A stretch of DNA of 64,000 nt from Camelus ferus. Its lineage: Eukaryota. The DNA is taken from the NCBI RefSeq assembly GCF_009834535.1, contig NC_045697.1, positions 43,402,001 to 43,466,000 of the forward strand. Direction: 5' to 3'. This document shows positions 14,090 to 28,310 of this stretch, piece after piece (the stretch's first letter is position 1; every line of letters begins with the position of its first letter). Position numbers and translations under genes: made by a program. The notes under the pieces were generated by a model that searched no databases, was not told where the DNA came from, and was given only the letters and a program-made list of their open reading frames with translations.

Positions 14090-15990
14090 TCTCACACCCT
14101 ATTTCACCAGCATTTTGACCTCAAGGAGACCTCCACTCCCTTGATCCTTCCATTCTCCACTAGACTATCAGCCCCCTCTGGCTTTGTTTCCTTCCCTACT
14201 GAGCCAGGACCCCATGGTGCATCATTTCAACCTTGCTCCTCTTAGCACCTTCAATTTCCTCAACCCTTTGCCTCTGCCATGTACCCCTCCAACTCCAGAT
14301 TCCTCCAGCAATCCATCTTTTCTATGCCTACGCCAAGACTGCCAAGCCCAGCTGGAAAGAATCACACAACCCTACACATTAATGCCACTGCAGATTTATG
14401 TTTTCTGATCTCAGCTGAATTCTCAACACCATTTCTCAACCTGTCCTGAGTTAGCTCCCACTCACTGCCCTTCAAGAGCTATTCTGAACCCTTGCCCCAT
14501 TCCCCTCCTCCCCTCACTCTGATGACCTTGCTCCACATTCTGAGAGAAATAAAGCTATCAGTAGTGATCCTCCACTGTCAGACCAGAAGTGGTGATGGGC
14601 TGGCTGGCCAGGTGGACCACAGAGCTAAGATGGCGTGCAGGATGGGAAGCACCACTTATTGTAGGATCAGTACTTTCCCTGGGGACCATAATCATGCCTG
14701 ATTAACAGCCACTGCCTGAAACACTAGCCTCCTTCCATGCTATCCTTTTCTTCACCTCCTATTCACTCCCTAATTCACCACAACCCTGCTTCCACTTCCA
14801 CCTCTTCACTGAAATTGTAGTTCCCTAGATCTCTTACAACATTCAAGGTCCTAATCAAATCTATACTTTCTACTTACTTCTTATCTTTATTGGATTTTCA
14901 CACATTTGACCATCTCTTCTTAGCTATCAGTCTTTCCTTAATCCTCCTCTAAGAAAAATTCTTGCTCAATTCCCTTTCCTGGCCATCTTTCCTCCACAAT
15001 AGCTTAAATAGTATGCCCACCACACTCTACCCACTGGGCAGCACCTTCCATGGCTTTATCATCTCCATTTTCAGGCTCCACATTCCTTCCCTCAGGAGGC
15101 TGGCTCCTACCCCAGTTATTTCCAGATCTCCAGATAGTTATTTCCTCTACCCAAAAGCTCACGCAATAAACAGAAATCAGTCAAAGCCACTTCCTCTGTA
15201 CACAATCAGGCATCAGGCTTTGGTACACCTTCTTCTAAATGTCTCTCAATTCCCCCTCCTCCTCTCCATCCTCATCTCTTTCTGTTCCATTCAGAACCCC
15301 ATCATCTTTCACCTGAAGGATTGTGCAGCAGCCGTGCCTGATGCAGAGGTGACACTCAGTGAGCCCACGGTTGAATGAGTATATGAACAAACTGTATTAA
15401 ACCATTATCTCTATAAAGTATACACAGCTAACTTTTACTTTTCAGATGACAAAATTGAAACACGGAAAGACTGAGTAACTTCCCAGGGTTACATGCATCT
15501 AGAAAGTGGCAGAGGTTGGAGTCAAACCCAGACCACTGAGCCTCAAACTCATGCTCTCCATACTGTGAGCATTGCCTCAAAGTAAGTCACTAGCTCTACC
15601 TGCTAAGTTCCTTAGCTACTCCATGACTCTGGTCATGCTTTTCCAGAGGGACATTTCAAGGTTCTCATCAAATGGTCCTTCCCCCACTGTTCTGTTAGTT
15701 GTATTCCATTCTAGCTCTCAGTACACAAATAGACTTCATTTCTCCTTGGAAGCTTTCCCTGGCCTTCCCAGACTATTACTGCTCCTCAACTGGATGCCTT
15801 TACTGTTTTATATCCACTTAGGTATTATAACATTTAGGACACTGTATTGTAAATATATGTGTCTCTCGACTAGCCTGTGAGCTGAGGGATTAGAGACCTT
15901 CCCCTGTTCATCACTGATACACAGAACCCAGCACAGTGCCTGCACCTGATAAGTACTCAGTCAACATTAAATGAACGGATGGATGGATGA
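14090..15990 (+). mobile_element. Fragmented L2 with an embedded antisense MIR (~15400-15570)
   Basis: Pyrimidine-rich L2-like body; L2 3' end CCAGCACAGTGCCTGCACCTGATAAGTACTCAG...AATGAACGGATG. MIR core CAGATGACAAAATTGAAACAC. Confidence 0.65.
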
Positions 15991-16154
15991 CACTTAATGA
16001 CTGATTGTGGTAGCTAAGCTGCACACAGGTATGACATCTTTAACTCCAACAGATCTCAAAATGAGACTACCCTAAGTTTCAATGAGTGAAAAAAAAGAAA
16101 TCAAACCTGTTCAATTTATAAATGTTTATTAAGTGTCTGCTATAATTATCTTTC

Positions 16155-16350
16155 TTCTTATTTTCTTTTTTTTTAAATTGAAGTATAGTTAATTTATAAT
16201 GTTAGTTTCAGGTGTATAACAAAGCAATTCAGTTATATATATACATACTTTTTTTTTCAGATTCTTTTCCATTACAGCTTATTACAAGAAATTGAATATA
16301 GTTCCCTGTGCTATAACCCTGTTGTTGTTTATCTATTGTATATATAGTGA
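16155..16350 (-). mobile_element. Artiodactyl-type L1 3'UTR fragment
   Basis: T-tail followed by AAATTGAAGTATAGTT...TTGAATATAGTTCCCTGTGCTATA, the reverse complement of the L1 3'UTR. Confidence 0.85.
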
Positions 16351-19300
16351 TGATATCTCTGCAGTTATCTTTTATTCTAGTTCAGAAGGTAGAAGCTAGG
16401 AAATACAAGGGCAGCTCAGAGAAGATTCATGGCAACACCAGCTGGTATAGAACCAAAATGTGAATGATATGAAATGATTAATAAGTGAATAAAAACCTTC
16501 CGTAAGTCATCATCAGAGCTTTTCCCAGCATATTTGAGTACTTTGAGCAATCTGTTTACTTGGCATTTACATGGTTGTGCTGTGTGATGCTGCAGTATGA
16601 ATTACGCAACAAAAGGCAAAGAGAACTAACCATGCCTGAACGTTTACTACATCCCTTTTGTGTGGTATTTTTCAGTTTTGCAATTACTTTCACATATAAT
16701 ATCTTCTTACAGATAATGTGGTTTCTAGATTTCTTGCATTAAAATAAAACTTTGAAAGAGTAATCCAAGTTTCTTCAAATTGCAAAAAAAGAGAGGTCCA
16801 AAGACTTAAATGATATGCTTAAGTCCCATTGCCCTATGAGATTATCAAGAATTATCCTGATTTTACCAATGAGAGAACTGAGTCTCTAAGAATTTAAGTG
16901 ATTCATCCCATTGTCACATAGCTAGTTAGTGATAAAGTCAAAATTTAAACCTTAGTTTTGTGACTCCCAGCACAGTGCTCTCTCTCTTTTTATCTGAGCT
17001 CAGCCAAGACCCAGAGAAAACAAGTTCAAGATCCATCAGGCAGTGGCATTGCCTAGAAGTTCAGCCGCTGGAGCAAGGTCCTGACCAATTAAGACCCACT
17101 CTTACTCATTTCTCTACTATAAAGTAGAAAACAGAGCCCATGTGTCTACATGCAATATATTTTAAATGTATGAATTTCATATATGGTACATTTTCTAAAA
17201 ATGAAAAGTGATGGTATTGTTTGTAATGAGACATTAGCACTGATGTACTAATCTATTTTCAAAAAAAAACCCAGAGACTTAGAAAGCCCTTTAAGTACTA
17301 GCTTTATATGCTACTATTTTCATTTCAACTGAATGACCAAGCAGAAATTAAATTAATGAAGGACCATAAACTTCTCATGGGAAAAAACGACCAGCCAATC
17401 ACTCCTTACTATGTGGTCAGATTTTTCTTCTGGTATGGAAACAATCCTGCCTGAAGGTAAATGCATAAGTATGTGTATACAAAATACTTATACTGGTAAC
17501 TGCAGTTAGCATGTTTCATGCCAGAGACTCATAACACAGAATTATAACTTAGATATGAAGCTATCCAGCCTCCTCATCTTATAGATAAATTTAAAGCAGT
17601 AATAATCACTGCTATTTATCAAGCGCCTACTCTGTTCTCATTATGCACATGTTATCCCTAAATTTATGCTACAGCCATTCTAAATGACTTGAGCTATCTT
17701 GAATATACTGTATTCAAGTTCCAAACGAAGACAAACACACCCATTAGATTGTTGTTCGTGGAAGCAAAGAGTTAAAGGCAACCTAAGTACTCATTACCAG
17801 GGGAACGTGTAAGTAAATCAGAGTAAATGCACGCGGTGGATCCTGGAAGCAGTCAGAAGCTGGACAATATAAACAGAGCGATATGAATAGATCTGAAAAG
17901 TTAAGTCTTTGGCAAAACTATAAGAAACAAAATGAGATTCATAGCCCATTAGTGCTAAAGCAAATTAATAAGCAAATACCCACAAAATGACATCATATAT
18001 TTTTTAAATATACACATATCTAAAACTATATAACGGTGATTGGCTGAATAAATAAAGTAAGTGCTGGTAGAGTAAGGAAGAGGAATTGGAGAGAGGACCA
18101 TAGATGAAAGGGAAATTATGAAATAAAATAAAAGAGGCTTGGTTGGACAGATGGTCACATCTGTGCAACAAAATAAGGAGTCAGATCAACTCATTTCTGG
18201 GCACCTAAAGTCCTAAAAAAAAGAGGAGAAAAAGAAGAGAATATAAATACAGTGTCTCACCATTCCCCAAATTCTGTTATATTACAGGACAAATAATTTC
18301 TTTATATGTAATGATAAGATGGATTTTAGTACATGTGTTTTGAAGCTAGTTTCACTTCCAGTCTTTATGATCACTCCTTACTAATGCATCACTCTTATCG
18401 TAACACAGAGAGTACCATGGCTCTTAAATCTATTCAAAACTTCCACAAACCAATGCAAAAGTAGGAAAACAAAAACCAGGAATGCAAACGCCACCTTCTA
18501 TAAAACCAGGAGAAATCTGTGACCCTAAAACACAATATGTGAGGACAGCTGCTGAAATCAAGAAAGCTCAGTTAGAAAACTCAGTTTTCTCAGTTTCTCA
18601 TAACTGAGAAAAAAATGCCTACAGCTGTGAATCTCAGACAAACCCCCAGAGAACAGCTTACCTAAGGAGAGAGAACTGACGTTCCCCTGTTTGGCTCAAC
18701 AGAAACAGGAAGTAAAGGCTGGTGGTGGAAGTGTCCCTTCATAACAGAGAGAAACAGGCAAAAAGAGACTAAGCAAGAAGTCAGAAGAGCACAGATATTT
18801 GTTCAAAACAGTATATCAGGAGGAGAGATGGAAGAGAGACAGCGTCATAAGCAGACATACAGCTGTCCATCTCTACCAGCTGGGGAGCAATAAACTCTGG
18901 AAGAAGATACACACACCACTCTATGTGGCAAATCAGGAATGCTGTCCTAGCCTGCCCTCTACTCAGAACTCCTGCAAATAGTGTTTCCAAGAAAAATTCA
19001 AGACTTTAAAAAATAAAGAATAACTTCTAAAAAGTAATCAGCATAAGGGGGTGGGAAGGGATAAAGGGGATAAACTGGGAATTCGAAAATTGGATCTCTC
19101 GGGGAGTGATGGAAATATTAGCTATCTTGATTATTGTGGTGGTTTTATGGATGTATATATTTATCGAAATTCATCAAATTGTACATTTGAAATATGTGGT
19201 TTACTGTACAGGAATCATATCACAATAAAGATGTTAAAAAATAAAAAATAAAAATTAAATAAGGGACAAAGGAAGGAAAAAAGTAATCAGCACAGAATCT

Positions 19301-19459
19301 ATGCAAAAATATAAGAAGAAAAAGAAGACGTTTTAAAATAATGACAAAGAAACACTGAGAAAAATGTTATCTAGATCTGACATAACCAGATATATTGCCC
19401 AATGTTTAAAAAGTTCAATTGAACACAGTTCAATAACAATGTTTAAAAAGTTCAATTGA

Positions 19460-19554
19460 TGTATATGTCCATGAATAACTGAAAAATTGTGCTAAACACT
19501 GGAATTTGACACAACATTGTAAAATGATTATAAATCAATAAAAAATGTTTAAAA
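19460..19554 (+). mobile_element. ~95-bp extreme 3' end of the young L1 family
   Basis: Nearly identical to 39401-39495. Flanked by AAAAAGTTCAATTGA at 19445-19459 and 19555-19569. Confidence 0.92.
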
Positions 19555-20324
19555 AAAAAGTTCAATTGAACACAGTTCAATAACAATGTTTAAAAAGTTC
19601 AATAATCAAAACAAGAGCTCAAGACAGAAATAGAATAGTTCAAGAAGATATGGAAAGACAAAAAACATAAACATGAGTTGGCAGATCTCAGAAAAAAAGT
19701 AAAACAAAAAAAAAATCTCAAAAATTCAGACCACGTTGAAAGCAGCACAGAGAATAGTAGAAACTGCCACAAAAAAATAAAGGACATGGAAGATGGGATA
19801 AAAATAAGCAGAACAAAATAAAAATGAAAAAATGGTTAAAACAGTTTAGAAAGAAAAAGTTATGGTTAAAACAGACAAAATTAATCCAATATATTGATAA
19901 TTGATTTCTCTGAAGAACTGAACCCTCAAAAAAAATAATATGTATCGATTTAACTTAAGAAAACATCACAGGAATAAGACTTGAGTCTTAGACAGACTGA
20001 AAGAGCACACTAAGTCCCAGGAAAATATGATGCAGAGTAATTATATCGAACAGGCTCAACTGCAGATAAATTAAACACTCCAGCTCTCTTCAGATTTATA
20101 CATGGGGATTACCTGCTTACACAAAAGTTGAAAGGGCTTTTTAAAAGAAGTCTCTAGTCCGACCTTTCAAGGATAACTTCCGGAATACCACCACAAAACT
20201 AGCCCATCTAGGGGGGCTGCAACTTCTACCATGATTAAGAAATTGCAGATCAGTAAAAGAGCCACCTCGTGTGCAAACACTAGTTTGCATACCACCTTTG
20301 CCCTAATCCAGAGATCAAGGCTGT

Positions 20325-20686
20325 CTGTATTTCGTTTGGACTGTCATAACAAAAGCAGTATACACTGAGTGACTCAAACAACAAATATTTATTTCTCACA
20401 GTTCTGGAGGCTGGGGAGTTCAAGATCAAGATATCAGCAGTTTCTGTGTCTGGTGGTAGCTTGATTCATGGTTCACAGCAGCTGTCTTCTCATGTGTCCT
20501 CACCTGGCAGAAGGATCAAGGGAGATCTCTGCAGTCTCTTTTATAAGGACATTAATGCCATTCTTGAGGGCTTCACCGTCATGACCTAATCACCTCCTCA
20601 AAGCGCCATCTCCTAATACCATCACATTGGGAGTTAGGATTTCAAAATATAAATTTTGGGGGCACACAAATATTCTATCCATAACA
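20325..20686 (-). mobile_element. MLT1A-type MaLR solo LTR
   Basis: ATTTATTTCTCACAGTTCTGGAGGCTGGG...ATGACCTAATCACCTCC...ATACCATCACATTGGG...ATAACA. Confidence 0.9.
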
Positions 20687-23600
20687 GGAAGTCACTGCTA
20701 TCACTGTTGGCTCTGTTATCACCAACAATCAGCTATGATCCATGCCAACCAATGGTTATTCCACCTACAGTCTCTTGACACCTCTAAATAGAAGGACCAG
20801 ACACTGACATGTCTGGTACTGCTGCTAAAGAATAAAGCAAATGCTTGCAATCCTGGGTTTTCCAGCAAAAGTGGTGGCAGCAGAAGAAACTTTGCCTTTG
20901 ACCCTCTGCCACTTTTTGAATCTCACATGAGTCATTTGTGGCAGCTAAATTACAAGCAGAATCTGAGCTTCAGGGAATTCTAGAATATGCACTCTTTGGT
21001 AGATGGAATGCTTAATGAGAGTTGGGATGAAATTGGATGAAAAAAAATCTACAACATCTGCCACAATGAACATGGTAAATGTCCAGGTAAAAATACTGGA
21101 TGTCAAAGTTCAATAAAAATTAAAAAGACTCTTAAGCATCCAGGAAACAGATCAGGTCATCTAGAAAGAGAAAAATACCAGCCTGTCCAAAAACAATATT
21201 AACAACAGCAACACTAAAGGGTAAAAGAAGGTGGAGTGATGCCTATAAATTCCTTGAGAAACAATCATGTGACCTAAGTATTTTACTCCCAGATGAACTT
21301 TTGTTCAAGTGAAAGGCAATAGGTAAACATTGTTAACATGTAAGAATTTCTTGAAGAAACTACTAGAGAAGGAACTTCAGTCAATCAAAAGATGAATAAA
21401 GAAACAATGGCAAAAAGACTGCCAATAATAATTGAATCAATTTAGCTACAGAATCAAAAAGAAAATAAATGTGAGAACAATGATTTCAGAGAAAAACATA
21501 AATATTTTAAACCTTGACAGTGTAGAAATGATAAAATTAGTATACATTGGAGAGTGAAGGAGAAGAGAAGGTGGGAAACAGTGCAAGTATACTAATTTCC
21601 TCATTTTTTAAAAGCCAGGGATGAAAAGATAAAATTTAAAGCTGACAAAACAGCTAATCACGGTAGAAGCATATGTAAAATATAAAGAGAAAAACTATTA
21701 AAATAATATAATTTATCAAAACCAGGTATTAGAAGGGAGGGAGAAGAGGATATGTAGTAAATGGAAATGTACTAACTCTGTAATTAATCATCATAAGGAG
21801 TCAGTAGATACTATCAAAAGAAAGAGGAAATTAAATATAAACTTGTTATAAAAGCAACCATTAGAAAAACTCCCACAAAAATTCCAAAGTATATTTAGTA
21901 TCATTGGTTAAAGGTAAAAGAAGTGAAAAAATAACAAAAACTTCATATAACTGTTTGCAAACCACATACCTAAAACATACAGAAAAGTAAAAGCTAAAAG
22001 AAGGAAAAAGATATACCATGCAAATACTACCTGAAAAAAACTGATATAAAAATGCAAAGAAAATGAAAAACTGGACAGTAGTATACAAGTAAGGAGAGAA
22101 AGTTTCTAAGCCAAGGTATTTTAAAGAACCTGTACTGCTTGTGAGAATGATAAGCTATTGATTACCTGTACATAGACAACTTATTTATTTACCCTGCCTG
22201 GCGTTTTCTGGGCCTTTGCAAGTCTCTCCAGCTAGTCTTGACGCCAGGCCTAGAATAGCTATAGCAAAGAAGACTGGTGGACACTTCCTTAGTCTAGTGA
22301 ACACCATCATCAGTAATGGGACAAACAAAATGGCATGCCACCCAACAGAATGCAATGAGAAGAACATAGCATCACTTCTTGGTATTCCTATCAAAGATGC
22401 ATAACCTGAATCTAGTCATGAGGAAGCAGCAGACAAATCCAAACTGAGGGACATCCTAAATCTTCAAAAGTGTTCAGGTCATGAAAATCCAAGAAAGACT
22501 GAGAAACTTTTCCAAACTGAAGAAGATGAAAGCAACATGACAACTGAAGAGAACATGTGATTCTAAACTGTATCATTTTCATCTAAAGAACATTTTAGAG
22601 TATCTCGTGAAAACTAAATGTGGTCTGGGGATTAGATGGTAATAATGTATCAATGTTAATTTCCTGATTTTTGATTATTATATCATAATTATGTAGAAGA
22701 ATTTCATTGCTTATAGGAAATACACCAAAAAAAAAAATGTTAGTGGGAGTTGGGGCATCAGGTCAGGAATTTATTATCAAATGTAGAGGGGAAAAAAGGT
22801 CAGTTGATACAGATTGAGGAACCCCCAAACTAGCAGAAAGTGGGGCAAGGAAGGGTGGAGAAAAAAAAACTATATCAATTCAAAAAAAGGATAAAAAAAG
22901 AAAAAATAGAAAATGTAAAAGAAGAACAAATAGAGGACACAAAATCAAATAATAAAAAAAGAATCTAAATGTATCTATAATAGATTAAACTCTATGATAA
23001 AAACAAAGATTGTTAAGACTAGATTTTTTTTAAATCCAACTAAATGCTATTTAACAGAGATATGCACAAAAGCTAAGGACATTGATGGCATAGTTTTAAA
23101 GTAAAATTTTAGAAAAATATATACTAAGTAAATATTAACCAAAAAATGTTCTATTATATTGCAAAAAAGTTAGAAATTGATATCAAAAATATAACTAGGA
23201 AAAACTTGTATGTTTGGAAATTCTAAAAAGCCAAATATAAGCAGTTTTTGGTCAAAAAAGAAATTCTAATGGAAATTAGAAAATATTTACAATAGTACGG
23301 TATTAGAAATATTCTACATTAAAATTATGACAATGTAGAAATTAGAGAGTAATTTAAGCTTAAGAACATATATTAGAAAAGAAGAAAATGTGAAAATTAA
23401 TTATCTAAATAAGCATCAAACTTAAGAATTTGTAAAAAGTATAGAATAAACCAAAGGCAAGTAGAATAAATAAATTATAAAGATAATAAAATTTTAAAAC
23501 ATGCACTAATGTAATAAAAAATTGTTTCTTGAATACCGAGCATGAGTCAGGCACTGCTCAAGGTGGGGCCTGGGGAAACAGCAATAGTCAAAATAAGCCG

Positions 23601-24889
23601 ACATCCCTACCTTCATGTAGTTAATATTTTAATAGTTTGAAATATATGATAAGTAAATAATTTTGGAGAGTTCCTGTATATCCCTTGGCCAGTTTCCCCA
23701 GTTGTTAGCATCTTATATTACCATGGTACATTTGTCAAAAACTAAGAAACTGATATTGGTACATCACTATTAACCAACTCTAGATTTTACTTGGAATTCA
23801 TCTAGCTTTTTTATTAATATATTCTGTTGATTTATTTTTTATAGATTCTAGTCTTCTATTGAAATGTATCATCTATTTTTCTATTTCTTCAACATATCAA
23901 TCATAGTTATTTAAAAGTCTATGTCTAATAACTTCAATTTCTGAGTCATCTATGAGTCTGCTTTTAGTCTTTCTTTCTTCTTTTGATTTTCAGTTTTGAT
24001 TTTGTTTTTTGACACTCTTGGTGATTTGTGATTGCTCACTGAATATAGTATATGAACATTTTTAGGTCCAAGATGACATTATCTACCACCAGAAAGGATC
24101 TAATTTCTTCTAATGTGCAGAGTAAAGGCAGATTACCTTGTTCCAGTCAAGGCTAGGTATCTGTCATTGTGAGGGCTGGTCTGTTTCTGGTTTGCCTTCA
24201 CCCTCAAAATGCAGGCTTTACTCTTAATGTGTGTCTATTGAGGGAGTACAAATGAAAGCTTGAGGTGTTCATCAGAGCCACTCCATCTTATAGGCCCCTA
24301 AACTCCAATTTCCAACTCCCTAGCAGCACAACACTGCCAAGGGAAGAAATACACACATACAATTTTACCTGTCCACCCCAATCCTTATCTGTGGTGCATT
24401 TTCATAAAATATTCTCCTGTACTATTTTATTTAATCATCATAACCAGCCTATGAAGCAGGTATGTCAGGTATGTCTTACTAAGAAATCCTGTCAACTACC
24501 GTATTTGCAATATCTGAAATAGTGTCCAACAAACAGTAAACCTACAATTGAGTATTTGCTGAATTAAGGAATTTGAATAATAAAGATGCAAAGGAAAAAT
24601 GAAAAACTATTTTTTGCCTATTAAGTTGAAAAAGATAAGAAAACTGTGGTTCTTGTTTTCAAAAAGAGCCTGATGAATTAACATACCTCAATATTTTGTG
24701 TAATAGTAAATACTGATATAAACCTTTTAGAAATTGTTTGCTTATTCACACATTTGTTAAACATTTACTGAGTATCCAGTGGTGCATCATGTGTGCTTGG
24801 CTTTGGAACATCGTAATATCTTAACATGTTCCCTGTCTTCCAGTATCTTTTTGGAAACACATATTAATAAATTAAAAAATATTCATTTC

Positions 24890-26040
24890 CAATGCAACAA
24901 AAGCAAAAATAAACCAGTGGGACTACATGAAACTAAAAATATTTCTGCACAGCAAAGGAAACAATCAGCAAAATGAAAAGGCAACCTATGGAATAAGAGA
25001 AAATAGATGCAAAGTATATATCTGATTAGGGGTTAATAATATATATAATCAACTCAATAGCAAAAAAAAAAAAAAAAACTGATTAAAAAATGGGCAGAGG
25101 AACTGAATAAATATTTTTCCAAAGAAGGCTATAGATGGCCAACAAGTACATGAATGGGTGCTCAACATCACTAATCATTAGGAAAATGCAAATAAAAATC
25201 ATGAGATATTATCTCATACCTGTTAGAATGGCTATTATCAAAAGACAAGAAATAACAAGTGTTGACAAGGATGTGAAGAAAAGGAAACCCTTGTACACTG
25301 TTAGTGGGAAGGTAAATTGGCACCATCACTATGGAAAACAGTATAGAAGTTCCTCAAAAAAATAAAGATAGAACTACCATATGATCAAGCAATTTCATTT
25401 CTGGGTATATATCCAAAGGAAACAGTCACTATCTCAAAAAGACACCTGCACTCCCACATTCACTGCAGCACTATTTACAATAGCCAAGACATGGAAACAA
25501 CCTAAGTGTCCATCCATTGGATAGATTTTAAAAAGTGATATTTATATACAATAGAATATTATCCAGCCATAGGGGAAAAAAAGGAAATACTGCCATTTGT
25601 AACAACATGGATGAAACTTAAGGGTATCATGCTAAGTGAAATAAGTCAGACAGGAAAAGACAAATAGTATATGATCTCATTCACATGTAGAATCTAAAAA
25701 AACCAAACTCACAGATATGCAGAACACATTGGTGGTTGCCAGAAGTGGGGTCTTGAGATGGGGGAGTGAAATGGGTGAAGGTGGTCAAAAGGGGAATGCA
25801 ATGTATAGCATGGAAAATATAATTAATAATACTATATTGTGTATTTGAAGGCTGCTGCGAGAGTCAATCTTAAAAGTTATCATCACTAGAAAAAAATCTG
25901 TAACTATGTAAGGTGACAGATGTTAACTAAACTTATTGTGGTAGTCATTTTGTAATATATACATGTATCATCTCTATGTTGTACACCTTGGTCTAATACA
26001 GTGTAACATGTCAATTATATCTCCACAAAACCAGAAAAAA
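24890..26040 (+). mobile_element. Mid-age L1 3' portion (L1MA9-like/laurasiatherian)
   Basis: Degenerate ORF2 C-terminus (ORF 25135-25365) and 3'UTR ending TGTCAATTATATCTC. Confidence 0.9.
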
Positions 26041-26164
26041 ATTAACCTAGGAATTAAAAACAAGAGGAGAAAGAAACACACTAAATTATTAGTAGTTATA
26101 TTTCATCAGTAGGATAATGAGGGATTTCTTTTTGCTGTTGTATATTTTTCACACTTTCTGAAAT

Positions 26165-26420
26165 AAGCATATATAGTATATCAGTAAAGAGCAAGTTGTC
26201 CCAGGCTACACTGCCTGGATTTGAATCCCAGCTCTGTCACTCACTAGTTGAGTGACCTCCGGCAAGGTCCTTACTTCTCGATGACTCAAGTGTCTCACTC
26301 TGTGAAACGGCAGTAAGAGAACCAATCTCACAGGACTAAATGAATTAACATAAAAAACCAGCTAGAATAGTGCCTGGCATGTCCTAAGTACTGCATAACT
26401 GTCAAATATTATTATTCCTT
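26165..26420 (+). mobile_element. MIR SINE
   Basis: CTGCCTGGATTTGAATCCCAGCTCTGTCACTCACTAGTTGAGTGACCT...AGAATAGTGCCTGGCA. Confidence 0.85.
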
Positions 26421-27174
26421 CTATTATGGAAAAATAAAGTTTAAGAAGAAAAAAGCATGACTATCCCAAAACGTAATTCAATAATTCCTTTTTTCTTCTC
26501 TATATTTTACAGACACAAACAGCTATGAGATATGGGTGAAATTTTGCCTCTTTGGACTTTTTTCTTACAAAATAGACACCTTGAGCTTTTTTTGTTATTT
26601 TCTTTTTCTATCTCAAATTCAGCTATTCATCACTATCTATTGATAACTACCTCCATATTTGGAAGCCCAGGTTTACTTAGGGGCAGGATTAGCACCTAGT
26701 AGGGCTGGTTTAAATAACAGTAACAGACAATAAGTAATAGATAACATTCCCAGGGGCCATAGGAATCAGACTAGTCAATGAGATATCTACCCAGGGCTTT
26801 TTCAGGAACAAGTAGTATTCCCTTCCCACTGTTAGGGTGAAAGTCTAGAACTGCTATTCAGCCTTTTTTGCCACTGCACTAGGAACACCTGTGAAGTCTA
26901 CATGAAGAAGTCAGAACCAAAAGATGAAGACAGTATCATGGCAGCATCACTGAGCATCTTGATATTCTGTGGCTGAGACCAAATGTACCTGCGGATGTTC
27001 AAGTCACATTAGCTGACGAATTCCCTTTTATCTTTTAACTAACTGGAGTGGGTTTGTCACTAATGACAAAGAAGCTGTTACTAATTCACAAGTGATTTTT
27101 CACTTAATTTTCAAAACAACACTATAAAGCCAATACTATTATCCCACTTATGCATTAAGAAATTGAGACTTAGA

Positions 27175-27274
27175 GGGGGCAGGGTATAGCTCAAAAAATA
27201 AATGACTAAACCCAATTATGTCCCCCCCAAAATAAACAATAATTAAAATTTAAAAAAATTTTTTACAGAGAAAA
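27175..27274 (+). mobile_element. Internally deleted camelid tRNA-derived SINE (Vic-1-like)
   Basis: 5' GGGGGCAGGGTATAGCTCA joined directly to tail AAAAATAAAT..AAACCCAATTATGTCCCCCCC. TSD AAATTGAGACTTAGA at 27160-27174 and 27275-27289. Confidence 0.75.
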
Positions 27275-27842
27275 AAATTGAGACTTAGAAAGAAAGATCA
27301 TGTATAACACATTAAACTGGCAACCAGGAACTGGTAGAACCAAGGTATGAACCAGTGGGTCCAGGCAATCTGGTCTAGCTCCCCAGTCACCTCCCGCTTT
27401 GTGCCCACACTATGCTCCACATATTCTTCCAACAGGGCACCAGGAACCTTTGATTAGTTTTCCTCTGTCTCTTCCTATCAGTCAGGGAACCCATCCTCTT
27501 ATCATTAGTGGGGCAAATGCTGAATAAATCTTTGTCAAATGCATTGACCTCTGCTTAACCAATTTCAGATGGAGATTTTTGCCCTCATCAAAAGGAATCA
27601 TTCCTTTGCTCATGGACCATACACACTTAGGGTCAAACTAACTGGTTTTCTCCTAAACTTCTCAAGGCACATGTTAAGATCTGCAGTTACTGATGGTGTT
27701 GACCTATGACTCCACCCAAAATCACCTAGAATAGAGCTGTGCCTTTAGAAGCTGAGAGTCTAAGACACGTGTCCACATTTAGAAAGACTTTAACAGTTTC
27801 AGATGTAACCCACCATTCTAGTCACACAGAGTATACTACAGG

Positions 27843-28310
27843 TGTCACAGTTGTTTAGTTGTTTTCCCACCCAAAACACCTCTCTCTCTCTCTCTTTTTC
27901 TCTCCTACTGTCTCTCAGCCTCAGAATATGACCTTATTTGGAAATGGGATCTTTATAGATATAATTAGTTAGGATGAGGCCATTCTGGAGTAGCGTGAGC
28001 CCTTTATCCAGTAAGACTCGTGCGCTCTTAAGAGAAGAAGACAGACAGACACGGGGGGAACTATGTGAAGACAGAGGCAGACATTGGCAGGAGGCATCTA
28101 CAAGCCAAGGAATGCCAAGGACTGCCGGCAACACCAGAAGCTCGGAGAAAGGAATGAAACAGATTCTCCCCTAGAGACTTCAGAGACAGCATGACCCTGC
28201 CAATACCTTAATTCAGACGTATAGCCTCCAGAACTGTGAGGAAATTAATTTCTGTTGTTTTGTCACCAGTTTGTGATGTTTTATTACAGCAGCCCTAAAA
28301 CACTAATACT
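27843..28310 (+). mobile_element. MLT1C-type MaLR solo LTR
   Basis: ATGACCTTATTTGGAAATGGG...AAGCCAAGGAATGCCAAGGA...GCCTCCAGAACTGTGAG...ACAGCAGCCCTA. Confidence 0.9.

Larger units (their letters stand above)
18440..23500 (+). mobile_element. Highly decayed old L1 region with nested insertions
   Basis: A-rich L1-like ORF1/ORF2 remnants and L1MC-like 3' pieces (22270-22800). Boundaries and subfamilies uncertain. Confidence 0.55.

Noticed and set aside
19400..19603. 37-bp direct repeats with an intervening 'spacer' (CRISPR-like look)
   Set aside because: Eukaryotic DNA; the 'spacer' is an L1 3' end with an A-tail, and the other units are directly adjacent.
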